In this document: positions 52,577 through 64,000 of the stretch, piece after piece
Layout of the letters: each line of letters begins with the position of its first letter
Numbering within the stretch: the stretch's first letter is position 1
DNA from: Ophelia neglecta
Lineage: Eukaryota
Direction of reading: 5' to 3'
DNA length: 64,000 nucleotides
Assembly: GCA_965285935.1 (NCBI GenBank)
Contig: OZ260661.1
Span: 60,884,001 to 60,948,000 of the forward strand
The notes under the pieces: generated by a model
Databases searched by the model: none
Seen by the model: the letters and a program-made list of their open reading frames with translations, nothing else
What the model was told of the DNA's origin: nothing
Position numbers and translations under genes: made by a program

Positions 52577-54873
52577 CTTGGGTGATAAAACTGTAAAGAA
52601 GCAGACATAAACAAAGATAATTTAGTTGGGACGTTGCTTTTCCATTAACTCCAGTGACAGTTTGCTTTAGTCTTTGTTTTCATTAATTAAGATTTCTGTG
52701 TCAGAGTTGCAGTTGATAGGTCTCTGGGGTCGTCTTTGTAAAGGGAACAATGCCTTATAGTATTATCGTGGCTAACCTATAAATCAGCATCAAACAAGAG
52801 AGCTTTGCCCTAGTTTGACCTTTCCTTAACACTATGGTCATTTTTTCGTATACGGTATCATCTTTGAATTACCCCAAGATATATCAGAATAAAGTAGTGT
52901 ACATTTCTGTACGGTTTGCCTCAAACGGAAGCAGGTGATATTAGCAAAGTGATTGTAATGCTGGATTTATGCGCTCATCGTCTGCAGTGGAAAGATTTAA
53001 GATGGATGGTTGGGTCACTTGTCCGCCGCTGTCCATCGATGAGCCCTCGGGTCCCAGGGTAACAGAAGCATAAATCGCTTTCCTCCCCCGGGAAGTCCCC
53101 GGGAGAAATCACACCCGCGCTCAAGACGCAATTCTCGGTCTTGAATGAATTACGCTTCTCCGCAAAAAGTCACAGACAATTACAGGGTGAATCTAACACG
53201 GACGCCGAACAGCCCACAACAAATGTAAAATGTCTATTTAAGCCGCAGAACTATTTCTTATAGGAGATATATTTTCCAATTATCCCTTAGCAAGAAGCCA
53301 AAAGGTGTGCAATAAATCGAATCCTTCCGCTGTAATAAAGGCCGAAGAGGAAAAGAACACTTACCCTGTCGTGTTTCCTTTCTCTTAAAATGCCAGAAGT
53401 GCCTAATGAACTTCCTACAAAGGGAAAAAGGAAAAGATGAAAAAGCACCCTTGTTTGATGCGGAGATATCTGCAGGCATCTGCGTGACTCAAAGGATAAG
53501 AAGACAGTCTTAGCTTTGGGAGCGGTCTAAAACCCTCCTCTAATATCTTAGGAAAGATTGATCGAATTAGGAAATAGAGGGCAAAGCAGCACAATGCCAC
53601 AGAGGTCTCCCATTTACTATGTGCTCCCTGGGCAGGTGTTCTTATTACAGCTCCAAAGCCAGCCTGGCATAAGGACGGACTGCCGAATTACAAGTTAATA
53701 CCATCGATCTATGCCCGGCAAACTCCATGTATACTAAACACTCGGCTAGACGTCCACATATTGCCAGTGACAAATTCGGCCTTTTTCTACATAACTCACT
53801 ACCATTAAGCTGGAAACTTGTTTATCAGAAAATGGTGCCAGAAAATGACGATGATGGTTTATATTTGATGCCAGATATTTTGATTAATACCTTCTATAGG
53901 ATACAACGTCCGATCTTATCATAATATAAAGAGAATGTCTATAGAATTAATAGGCCTAGAGGCCAAGCCTTCCTATAGCCATTCAAGTTAAGAAACACAG
54001 TCCCATCTTTTCGATTTCTAGAAAAATATGTTGAAGATTTCTGATAATAACTAAATTACGCGAAGTATGAATCTTAAAATGTAACAAACTATTGTTTAGA
54101 ATACAGCGAACAAGCATTTATGAAAACATTACCTTCTTGATGTAACAAAGATACTACATTAATTAGATATCATAGGATAAAAGCGGGACCTTGGCTTCTA
54201 AGCAATAAGCATAAAGTCTGAGTGACTTTATCTACTCTTCAGTCGGTACAAAAAAAAACCACTCATACACTTTGTGTATTATAGGTTTATAGGCGAAATA
54301 ACGAACTGTCGAAGTCGCATGTGTTGCGGCATGAGCCTCAGCACCCCATAAAGCTAACTGGAAATGTGCTATGATTATCAACTAGGAATAAAGTTACCAT
54401 TACTCAACACGTTTTTATCCGACTAGAACATTATAGAGTATAAACTTATAGGTTTTATTCCCCGCGAGGCTTACAGCGCGAGGAACACGAGTCCTAATGC
54501 ACAGCCAAGTTTCACAGGTTAAAAGATATAGTTCTTGTTGGCGCCATTTTAAACACAATTGCCACACAGAATGGGCTAGACCTGTCGAAAGGAGAGCCTA
54601 ACCCCTCGGTCATGTGACCTACAATTACACGTTTTAAATGGCAATTTAATTGTCTTGGAATGAAGCTGAGTTGGCTAAACGCCTTACTCTACGTTTATGT
54701 GCCTATGGAGAAATCATTTAGCAATTCTCTCATTATCTTGACATAAAGTAAATTGCGAAAAGTGAATGAAATATGGAAAAAAGACCCTACGTCTTTATTT
54801 CTTAACACAGGTGTTAAGCTGGTTTTACAATTGACATTAAGTTACCATAAACAAGCAAAAAATTAGGTTTTTG

Positions 54874-54925
54874 AAGCAAGTGAACCCGTAAAACTACGGA
54901 AGGGTAATTTTACGGTCACAAGCTT
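54874..54925. repeat. Imperfect 52-nt inverted repeat / hairpin
   Basis: AAGCAAGTGAACCCGTAAAACTAC-GGAAGG-GTAATTTTACGGTCACAAGCTT. Confidence 0.75.
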
Positions 54926-57274
54926 TATATTTGTTTGATGTTTGGTTTACGGTTATTTTATGTTCGTTTAATGTTCCTCGTTTAATCTTACATAAGAGGT
55001 GGCTTCGCCCCTAATGCTGACTTGGTTAGTTTTTCTCTAGGAGCGGATACATTTTCCTTCGTCTACTACAGCTGATTGCCACGGCAATTTTAAGGATTCT
55101 AGCAAGGAACCTGCAGACACTGCTTTAACAAAGTATTTCGTCCTACGCACATATACTTGTTAAATGACTGTTGCATGTAACGTCAAGTATTTTTTCGTGC
55201 AAGTTGCCAACTATCTGTCCCGTTGAAGTTGTGACGCCTGTACAAATCCCAAAGTTCCTATAATTGTTCTATCAAACATCAGTGTAGAAATCATACCATA
55301 CACTACACAATTTAGTCTCGAATTGGATGAAATCTACCCGGCCTGGAATAGATATGAAATCATTAAGCTTGCTCGCAACGGCAATGAACCGATGTAAAGT
55401 TTGCCATTAATCAACCTGGCAAAGCAGGTTATAAAGAAATATTGGATTCTACAAAGGGCAGATGACTCTTTGTGAAGGAATTTCGTCTGCCTGAACATTA
55501 TTAAAATGTTGTCCCCTGCTAACCTATGCATATCAACACGTATCGGTTATTCATACAGTCACAGGCTGTACTTCTATAAAATAATCAAAACTAGCAATAA
55601 AAACCATCTTACTACTATAAAGACAATAACACGCCCAGAAATGTGATTAAATATTATGAAATAATGACTTATTATAATAAGACTAGATTAAATTTCATGA
55701 CATTTGCACAATCTTTTATTTTAGTAATTTGAAAATGAAGACACTAATCGAAAAAAAATACTACAATTACATTATATCATAGCATTTTTATTTTATTCTA
55801 TATATTTTATTTATTTCTTTATAGCATATAGAATTTCAATATAGCATATCCATATGAAATACACTCAGATATAATTCATTTGAGAATGCAGTAATGCTAG
55901 TTTTACACCTCTTGTCGATGTAAACCGTTTGGTATGCCCGAAATAATGCTTAGAACAGGACTAAGCACTTAAGGAAAAATAAATTAAGGTTGCTTATTGG
56001 AAGAGTTTCAATATTTATTTATGCCTAAAGTAACAGTAAGTCAATTTTTAATATAAAAAAGGAGGTCGAATGCAGGAGTCATGTGAACCTCAAATTCAAT
56101 TTTTATGCATTTACTAATTTTATAAGGAACGAAAATGCAACCAAGAGTAAGCTAGTATAGGGCTACAGCATTTTATTAAAATCATAGCCACGAGACTTGA
56201 GGCAGCGTTCTAGAAGCAACTTAAGGAGGTGAAATTTTGCCAAGGAAAACTGTTCCTAGAATGTTTTATAATGTCAGATATAATGCCACCATGGTTTACA
56301 GAGACCTCCTGGTACGTAGGACACGTACTTAGCTTATCAGCTTGTTTAAAAAACGGTATAACAAGCAATTTCGATTTTTTACCCTTGTATTTATATTCTG
56401 CAAGAAACATTTGTAACTCTGGCTTGATTTTCCCCTCCAACCATGTAAGAATTCGTACGAGAGTTAACTAGGTAAAGTACACACTCGGTAGGCCAACAGT
56501 CGGACCGCACTTCAACTGTCACTTTCACATCTGTTGTTATTACTTTTGAGCTATGTAGGTGACGTCCGGTTCTTAGTCGGAAGGACAGTTGAAGGCTTTA
56601 CTTTTGTTTTCACTGATTGTCCTGTTGAGTCGATGGCATTTGCGGTGTTTTTTCTATCGGGGCGGCGTTTCGTTCTCATTAACCGCGGCATTAACTTGTC
56701 TCTTTCCTTGTCCGAGCGAGGATGACTTTGGTGGATTGATATTCTGCTCTGGGGACACACCGAGGCAGGACTGGAGGGGCTAAAACAAAGGGGCTCACTC
56801 ACAATTGATGGCCTCCCAGAAAATGTCGCAGCCGAGAACAGCAAACCGCTCACTAATGCCTCCCAATTAGGCCTGAAATTTATAGTTCACGGATAAACCT
56901 TTAATCCCCAATGCCTGCAAAGTGAAGAGGGGATGTTGTCGTAGAGAAAAAATGTCCCCAGATTCATCAGGCAGACCCTACTTCATCTGATTTCCTGACA
57001 CGAACACTTGCTAATTAGCCGAGATGCAGGCGAGATCCCGGTGTGCATGTCGAGGAACCCTCACGTCAACTCTAGAATACTGATGTCATTAGACGTCAGC
57101 TCAAATCCTCAGTTACCCAGTCCTCCCTAGACCTCATGGTGCAATTTCCCTTTAAAAGGTTCGTTATAATCAGGGTATCTGGAGGGGAATTAATGGAAGC
57201 CTTAATGGTCTTGAGTATGCAGGAATGGCAATCCTCAATTTTTAGTTTACGACTCCCCCTTCTGGAAGGGAATC

Positions 57275-57275
<1 letters not shown>

Positions 57276-57331
<56 letters not shown>
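57276..57331. repeat. (TC)28 microsatellite
   Basis: 56-nt uninterrupted TC repeat. Confidence 0.95.
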
Positions 57332-57335
<4 letters not shown>

Positions 57336-60300
57336 CTTAAACGAGCTAGGGTAAAAATCAACTAAGACGACACAACTATGCCGCCCACACCAAAAACGAG
57401 GAATTATTGTTAAGGACTCATGTGCAACTAATAAAATAACGTGAATGGGCAGATGAATAACTGATAGGTTACTCTATAAAGACTAATCATCGTCACTGTC
57501 GTTACCCACCATGCCATCCAAATAACATGCAATAATTCTATGACACATCAGCCACTACAAGAAATTCTACAGCTTCACCTATTGTATTAATTCACCATAT
57601 TATGTTCAAGCAACATGTTTCATAAAAGGGAGCTGGGATATAAATTCGCGGATGACAATCTGAGTGATTAACCTGTGGCTGGGGTTGCTGGCCCTGATAA
57701 AATTAACCAATAAATCCTGGCATTGAATAACCTGGCAGCAACCCTTCCGAACATGGTGATAAATTTCCACAGCATTGCGCCCAAGTTGTAGCGCGGTAAT
57801 ATATATCAGTACTTAGCTACATCTTAAAAAATTAATAAAAGGTCACACTTGCAAATGGGAATATAGTTTAAAATGTCATGATCTGAATTACAAGGGACTT
57901 GATCGAATAGTATTTGTTTTGGCAGATAATGCAAATTTAGGGATAAATTTAACGATCTCTCAAGCCGCAGTAGGTGAATTCTACTCCCCGACCTCGTTCA
58001 GTTGTACAGTAGAAATTCGCAATCAGCTTTAGACATCACGGCTGACACTCGATTGGGTCTCTCATAACTGCAAATGTTGTGCGGCTCCTTCAGCCTTGTA
58101 CAGAAATCAATAGAGAGCCCCAGTGACTTGCGAGAATAAATTGTCCATGGATGCAAGGTCGCAGAGAATATCATGACATAAAAATTTGGATCAATCTTTT
58201 ATGCAACAACAAACTCGAGAAGCTTGCATATGAAGATGCTTAGCTTCAAGAAGCTTATTCAACCAGTGTTTTTTTTTCAGATAGAGACCTACATGTTATA
58301 GTTTCCTTGGATGTAGGCTGAATCGAGATACTCTGTTCATTCGCCTCAGCTCCAAATATAAAGCAAAAAATCTCACCTTAAACGAGCTAATCAGTGGTGG
58401 AAAACCACTAGCTTCTCCTAACCCGGACAATTCCTGGCACAGATTCACTGGCAATGAAATATCAACTATTTGCCAGTGCCTAACGCACAGAAACCTCAAA
58501 TTTCGACAGTAATATTTCAGTAAATCCGATTACAGAAAATGCAGTTATGGAAAACCAAGATGGCTACCCGACCATTTCCTCCTTGGAGAATCAGGAGGCC
58601 GCATTTTATGAGAATGGGCATTGACTACCTGTACCATTGTGCTTCACTTTATATTTATTTGGGACCTTACATCGTCTTAGATTGTCTCTAGTAATATACA
58701 GCAAGCAGCACGGCCGATATCTACACAAGTACTGGACGAGAAAATATGATAGTCGGCTTGGAACCTCCTGAGGGTACCATACACAAAACATGACAAGTAT
58801 GCGTTGGGTTCCCGCCAAAACAACCCAGGCAGAAGGATGCTATATTACCTTAAACATGGGGGATATTTACGGCCAGGCGAGCCGTAGTTTATTCTATCAT
58901 TTCCGTCGCTAATAAAGCAAATTAGGTAAATACTGGTGGATAATTGTCAGGAGAAATGAGCACACTTGTCTCATGTTTTACACGTAAATTTCATTTCAGG
59001 CGAAAACTCAATTTGCCAAAGACCAAGAGTACAACTCGGTGGATCTCATAAATATAATTCAAAATTCGGACGATAGATCACATAAATATTGAGACGAAAT
59101 TACAGCATATTTACGTTGTACGCCGTCAGTCTTATTATCAGAATAAATATCACAATGTACATTGATATGGGAGACTTTTACTTTAATGAATGTAGATATG
59201 GGTTAAATGTGTTATTTGCTTAGGTCTAAACACATAGGGGTCCATGGAAAATAATTTCTATTAATAATCAATCCTTATTAATAACCATTCAAATAGTCAT
59301 TGGCACGAGTATGCATTTATTAAAAAGACCTTCACTATTTTAAATAGTTTTCATTAATTCACATTATTATCGTAGAGATCAATAAACATGAATTTCCGAA
59401 AAAAGAAAACCCATATTTTTTATAATAGTACTTATTGAAATGAAGGCCCAGGCTTGTGAATGCAAAATGAAGAATATCACTAAATAAATTATACGGGACA
59501 TGAATGGTAGATTATCGCATCAGAACAGTCAAACAAATGAATAAAAGGAAGGATCATAGGTTGCATTACATTCTAGATAATTATTTTCCAACTTTGTAGT
59601 GTACCAGCTTAATTTCCCACATTTAAAATTGAAGATAGAGTGAAGTTATTTGGATTAGATAAATTCAATACTGAATAAGAAATACTATAGTTAACGATAT
59701 TCGACACACTATTTTTCTAATCGATTAGATATATCTCTTAAGAAAACAACACCCAACGTCTTACTTGGATATTAAAGTAGAACCATCCTATTGGACTACA
59801 GTCTGAAATTATTGATTTTTATTTTGTTGTTTTACAATTGTGAGAATGGATCGATGTATCGCGTTGCAAATATAGATTTTGCTTCTGGCTTAAGCTTCAG
59901 TGCGTCTGATATATGGTTGTACCGATATTGTTTTCATTTTGCCTTACAATTAATTTAGATACATGTTTACCTATAAGCAGGCCATATGGAGACTGACATC
60001 TGTACCATATTACATGTAGTTATTTATATTAAAATTGTTTTAAGGTGCTTTATCTATCTTATTACTTTATGGTCCAAATATATTTTATTTTATTAAAGTT
60101 TTATTTCTTCTGGAGCACTAGCTAGTTAAACTGAAAGGGATACATTGCATGAAAAGTTTATAAATAAAACAAGAATTAAATAATTCAATGCATGCAAATC
60201 GACCGCGATTTTTCATATCTATCAACAAAATATATAAAGAAAATTCCTTCAACATAAGATTCCACATGCCACCCCTATACTTAATAGAGGTGTATTATTC

Positions 60301-61952
60301 GCAATTATTGACCCATTAATAACTTGATAAGTTGTTTTTCGCATCACATTTTTTATGTTTGCTAAAATGTACAGTACCAAGGAGTTTCGTGCAAACATTT
60401 GGGCTTTGATTTACGTGAAAATTTACCTATATTTTTGATTAAACGCTTTCTTCAGTGACCGAAAACAACACACTGTAGATTCATTTGGCAACCAAAACAT
60501 TGTGAAGGTAGCGGGCCTACGTGCTCCAGCCCAGACAGCGGTCTAAAAATAAAATGAAGGCCGAAAAAACATTGCCAAGGTTGCAAGAAGAGCTTATAAC
60601 TGCGGGAATGGGGATGCTCGATAGCTTGGTCGGTCTTATCACTTTCCACATTCAATCGTTACTCTAATTGGGGGCAGAAATTTTGTTTCTATCGTTATTT
60701 TGTCTTGTTCCTTAGGTGGCGTGGACAGCGCGACTGTTTCACCCGATGTCATCGTGTGCGAGCCTGATATGCCGACGGTCCGTATTTCTTGTGTATGATT
60801 TATGTCTCGGCCGGTAAAGGTCATCGAACGAACGATGGTTTAACAATGGAAATGTTGCTGATATCGCTGGAAACATTAGCAAAAACTAATGACTAAATAT
60901 GAATAATGTGGCCATTTCCAAACCTTTCTTAATTGACACGTACCATTTGGATAGACATTAGCCTGCCAATAACTTTCACATTGACTATTTCCCTTAAAAA
61001 ACTCCCTGGAAAAAAGGAACCTTTGACATTAAGGAGTAGACTAAGACGAATGAAGCATTTCCCTTAGCGCGGACGGATTTGCAACTTGAACAAGGGGTTG
61101 GGAACCTCCCATCCCCCCTCCGCCTCCCCCCGCCTAATATTTCTACCAGTTTCTGCATAGCAATCTTTAGCGTGTTTGTTAGGTGGTCCACTTCCAATGG
61201 GGGGTGAGGGTTTATAGGGCCTAGACCCCAGATACACGTCCACTCCTTCTGGGAGTGAACATGCATCTCTCACTCAGCAGGTGGACACGGGCCTCTCTGT
61301 TTTCTCAAATTAAATAGATCCGCCAAGGCGTATATCTTCTATAGTCGTTTGGAGCTCATATCTACCGAAATGGCAATTAATCTTAATAAAATTGGGCTTT
61401 TGTGTTTGGCAGCAAATAACATTTGCAAATATCAATAAGGCAAGAAGCTCGAGCACAAACACTACAGGCATACCAATAGTTTTGACGCCCTCAGCCCAAG
61501 ATGACATCAAAGAAAGTCAACAACTACTGCAGACGACAATTGCTCCTCGTGAGAAGGAGAGCAAATAAAAGCCGGAAATATATGGCTCATTTCCGCGGGA
61601 CTTGTACATCAAGAAAACGTGATAAGAATATTTCCTTGCCGAACATGCTGGTCGAAGCTCGTTAGCTCTTCTCTCTGTTGAAGAAATAAACTAAGTCAAA
61701 GAAAAGACAAGTAATTTAAGCAGGAATTGCTGCTGAGCTTCCTAAGATGCAAGCCAATGTGCAGGTCGTAATTGTTAACCTTATCAGGCCATTAAGTCAG
61801 ACTTCCCGCGTTAACTATCAAAACATAGGACGGAAGACAAAACTCCAAGACACCAAAGCAACCATAAAATAATAAATGCATTGTTTGTCTGACAAATAGA
61901 CATTAAAACCTTGTTGATAATTAGATGACAGCTACTTTCGCCACCCGTCTGG

Positions 61953-61983
61953 CCATACATCGGCTTTATTTACCATACATCGG
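61953..61983. repeat. Direct repeat CCATACATCGG x2, 20-bp period
   Basis: Copies at 61953 and 61973. Confidence 0.75.
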
Positions 61984-63430
61984 TTATATATTTGCATAAA
62001 CAACTAGGGCACGATTCAAATCTGCAGATCTATACGACAGCCATGGTTTCTATATTAAAAATTTCGATACAAGCCACATCCAGATTTACACCCACATTTT
62101 CACTTTTAATCCTATATATTTCTGTCGATCTTGAGCGTGTGTGATGAGTCGTATTTTGAACCTTAACACTTCGATAGAATAAGGAAAGGTCTCTATATAT
62201 AGTATAACCATTTTGGTGGCGATTTGTTGTTCCCGCTGTCGCGCTTAGGTTTATTTTTCTAAACAAATAATTAAGAAATTCAACATATATGAATATATTG
62301 ATCTCTTTTAAACATCTGCATACATTGCCTCTCAGTATGTCATAGAGCTTTTGTAACATTATAGTTAACTGGAGTCGTTAACAATATATTTTATACATCA
62401 GTTCAACTTAAAAACAACAGCAACAGATCTGATTCTGTTTTACATATGAATACTCCCAAAAGTCACTGAGGAATCCCGAATTTATAACCTCACTCTACTT
62501 CATGCTGATGTCCTTTCAGATCCTTCCATTGATACCGGCTGAAGTAGTGACACTAGCAACACTTTTAAACTAAAATACAAAATACAATGTATAATACTTC
62601 TATCAACACTTTACCTCTAAATGTGATATAGGCCTACACGAAATATTTCTTCTTCTTTGAGCCCGTGTACATGACGTGTTTCCCTTGATTTAATGTGAAA
62701 AAATTCTGTTAGGGTTTACAATATGTAGCCAACGTCAAAGGAATACCACCCATCAACGTTTAAAATTTGTCAGTTTTGTTTTTTTCCTATTATTTTTTAC
62801 ATGTTCTTTGAAGTGTAGTCGAGTTGTAATAAATACTCATTATACATTCTGATAGCAGTACAAAGGACTTTTGCCTCCCGTTGGTGAGGATTACATTCCA
62901 TAACCGTTCAATTTCTATGCGATGATATAAAGCCCCAGCAACATATTCTAGCCATTCTCGTTAATCGTCAAGGAACATGCAATTAAAACGAACTCTTGTT
63001 GTCTCCTTGATTAGGTGCGAAATCCAATCTATGATCGAGAGCAGCACTTATGCAATAAAAACACTGTTCACGTGTTTGGTCGATAATTATAAGATTTTCC
63101 AGAAGCCCAACTTTAAAGCTGATGTAGAGCTTTGCATCATGCACTTAGTACGTTGCTAAGTAAAAAGTTCACTAAAACTGGTAGATTTTGAGCGGACAGA
63201 CCCGAGCCTTAAAGAGTATATACAAAATTAAGCAAGATTATAAATTGCATGATTAAATCCAGATTGCGTAAGGGGCACTTAGACAACATCGACGTTATCT
63301 TATACAGTGGCCAAACTGGGTTAAAATATGGATGCTCTCAAAATATAAGACTTCTGCAATGACATAAGGCACAGGAAGTTTACAGCTTATGTTTTGCTAT
63401 TATGTTTACTGCGGTACTTTCTTCTATAAG

Positions 63431-63453
63431 CCCCACCCCCACCCCAAACCCCC
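63431..63453 (-). other. Potential G-quadruplex
   Basis: Minus strand GGGGG-TTT-GGGG-T-GGGGG-T-GGGG (four runs of >=4 G with short loops). Confidence 0.55.
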
Positions 63454-63635
63454 AGCTCCTGCATGTGAACCTATGAAACTACCAGACTACTGCCATTCCG
63501 GCCGACACACTGCTTACAATGTCGGTGGACCACCATGCTTGTTTTAACTATACATCTACACCTAAAATTGCACTATAAGGCCTGCATGTATATAATATAA
63601 ACATGCATATACGCAAAGAAATATTGCCTATCCCT

Positions 63636-63731
63636 AAATGGCTGCCGTGAAACAAATCCGGTCTATTTGTGAAATAATTTGATCAGTTTACTTATTCGTC
63701 CGGCGGCCGTATAGGGGCGGCACCGGTAAGT
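63636..63731 (+). promoter_or_regulatory. Candidate plus-strand first (non-coding) exon / TSS region
   Basis: YY1-like AAATGGCTGCC at 63636, a CpG-rich stretch, then a strong donor CCG|GTAAGT (63726-63731) followed by T-rich sequence. Confidence 0.3.
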
Positions 63732-64000
63732 GTATTTTTATTCAGCCGTATGCCTGTACATAGCAATTACTTGGTTTAAGAATGTCGTAAATATACCCGT
63801 CATAGTTACGGTTTACGGCAGGGGTGAACCGATTCCAATTGTTGAATTTTGTATGGGTCATTCCTATACTAAATGTTGCTTATGTACTTCGGATTTATAA
63901 CCTGATAACATATTCACATCGTAAAAATCTAACTCCGAGCCTTGCCTGCCCAGATGTAATAGCAGATATTATAGGCAACCACATCAAAACCTCAATAACA

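Noticed and set aside
56551-56853. 100-aa S/P/R/K-rich ORF superficially like a transcription-factor N-terminus
   Set aside because: GTG start, no hexapeptide or homeodomain motif, and overlapped by equally long opposite-strand ORFs.
1-64000. Hox homeobox exon
   Set aside because: A by-eye search for WFQN-type codons on both strands found none; TGGTTTTGCAGA at ~5858 and ~49672 lacks the flanking helix-3 residues.
1-64000. DR5 retinoic-acid response elements, CRISPR arrays, prokaryotic operons
   Set aside because: No good DR5 seen, no repeat-spacer array, and coding density is essentially zero (eukaryotic non-coding DNA).

Overview
AT-rich (roughly 35-40% GC by eye) animal genomic DNA with no credible protein-coding ORF. 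The longest ORF is 180 aa with a TTG start and no recognisable domain, and I found no homeobox, rRNA, tRNA or CRISPR array. The one firmly recognisable gene is a miR-10-family microRNA on the minus strand (pre-miRNA ~9884-9941; mature 5p UUACCCUGUAGAACCGAGCGAGUG), with a full hairpin, basal stem and CNNC motif. From memory this resembles lophotrochozoan (annelid/mollusc/brachiopod) miR-10 paralogues. miR-10 genes are typically Hox-cluster residents, so the window is most plausibly a transposon-poor intergenic or intronic regulatory stretch in or beside a Hox cluster (inference). Minus-strand splice signals suggest a spliced host transcript: a 52-nt exon whose acceptor overlaps the miRNA's Microprocessor elements, and an upstream exon ending in ATG. 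Other content: one 178-bp Tc1/mariner(pogo)-type MITE, simple repeats, several short inverted repeats, and motif-dense blocks (Pbx-Hox, posterior Hox/Cdx, nuclear-receptor, NF-Y/E-box, YY1). All motif calls were made by eye and are low-to-moderate confidence. I cannot claim a new biological system; the best candidate for novelty is the miR-10 host-transcript and splice-overlap architecture.
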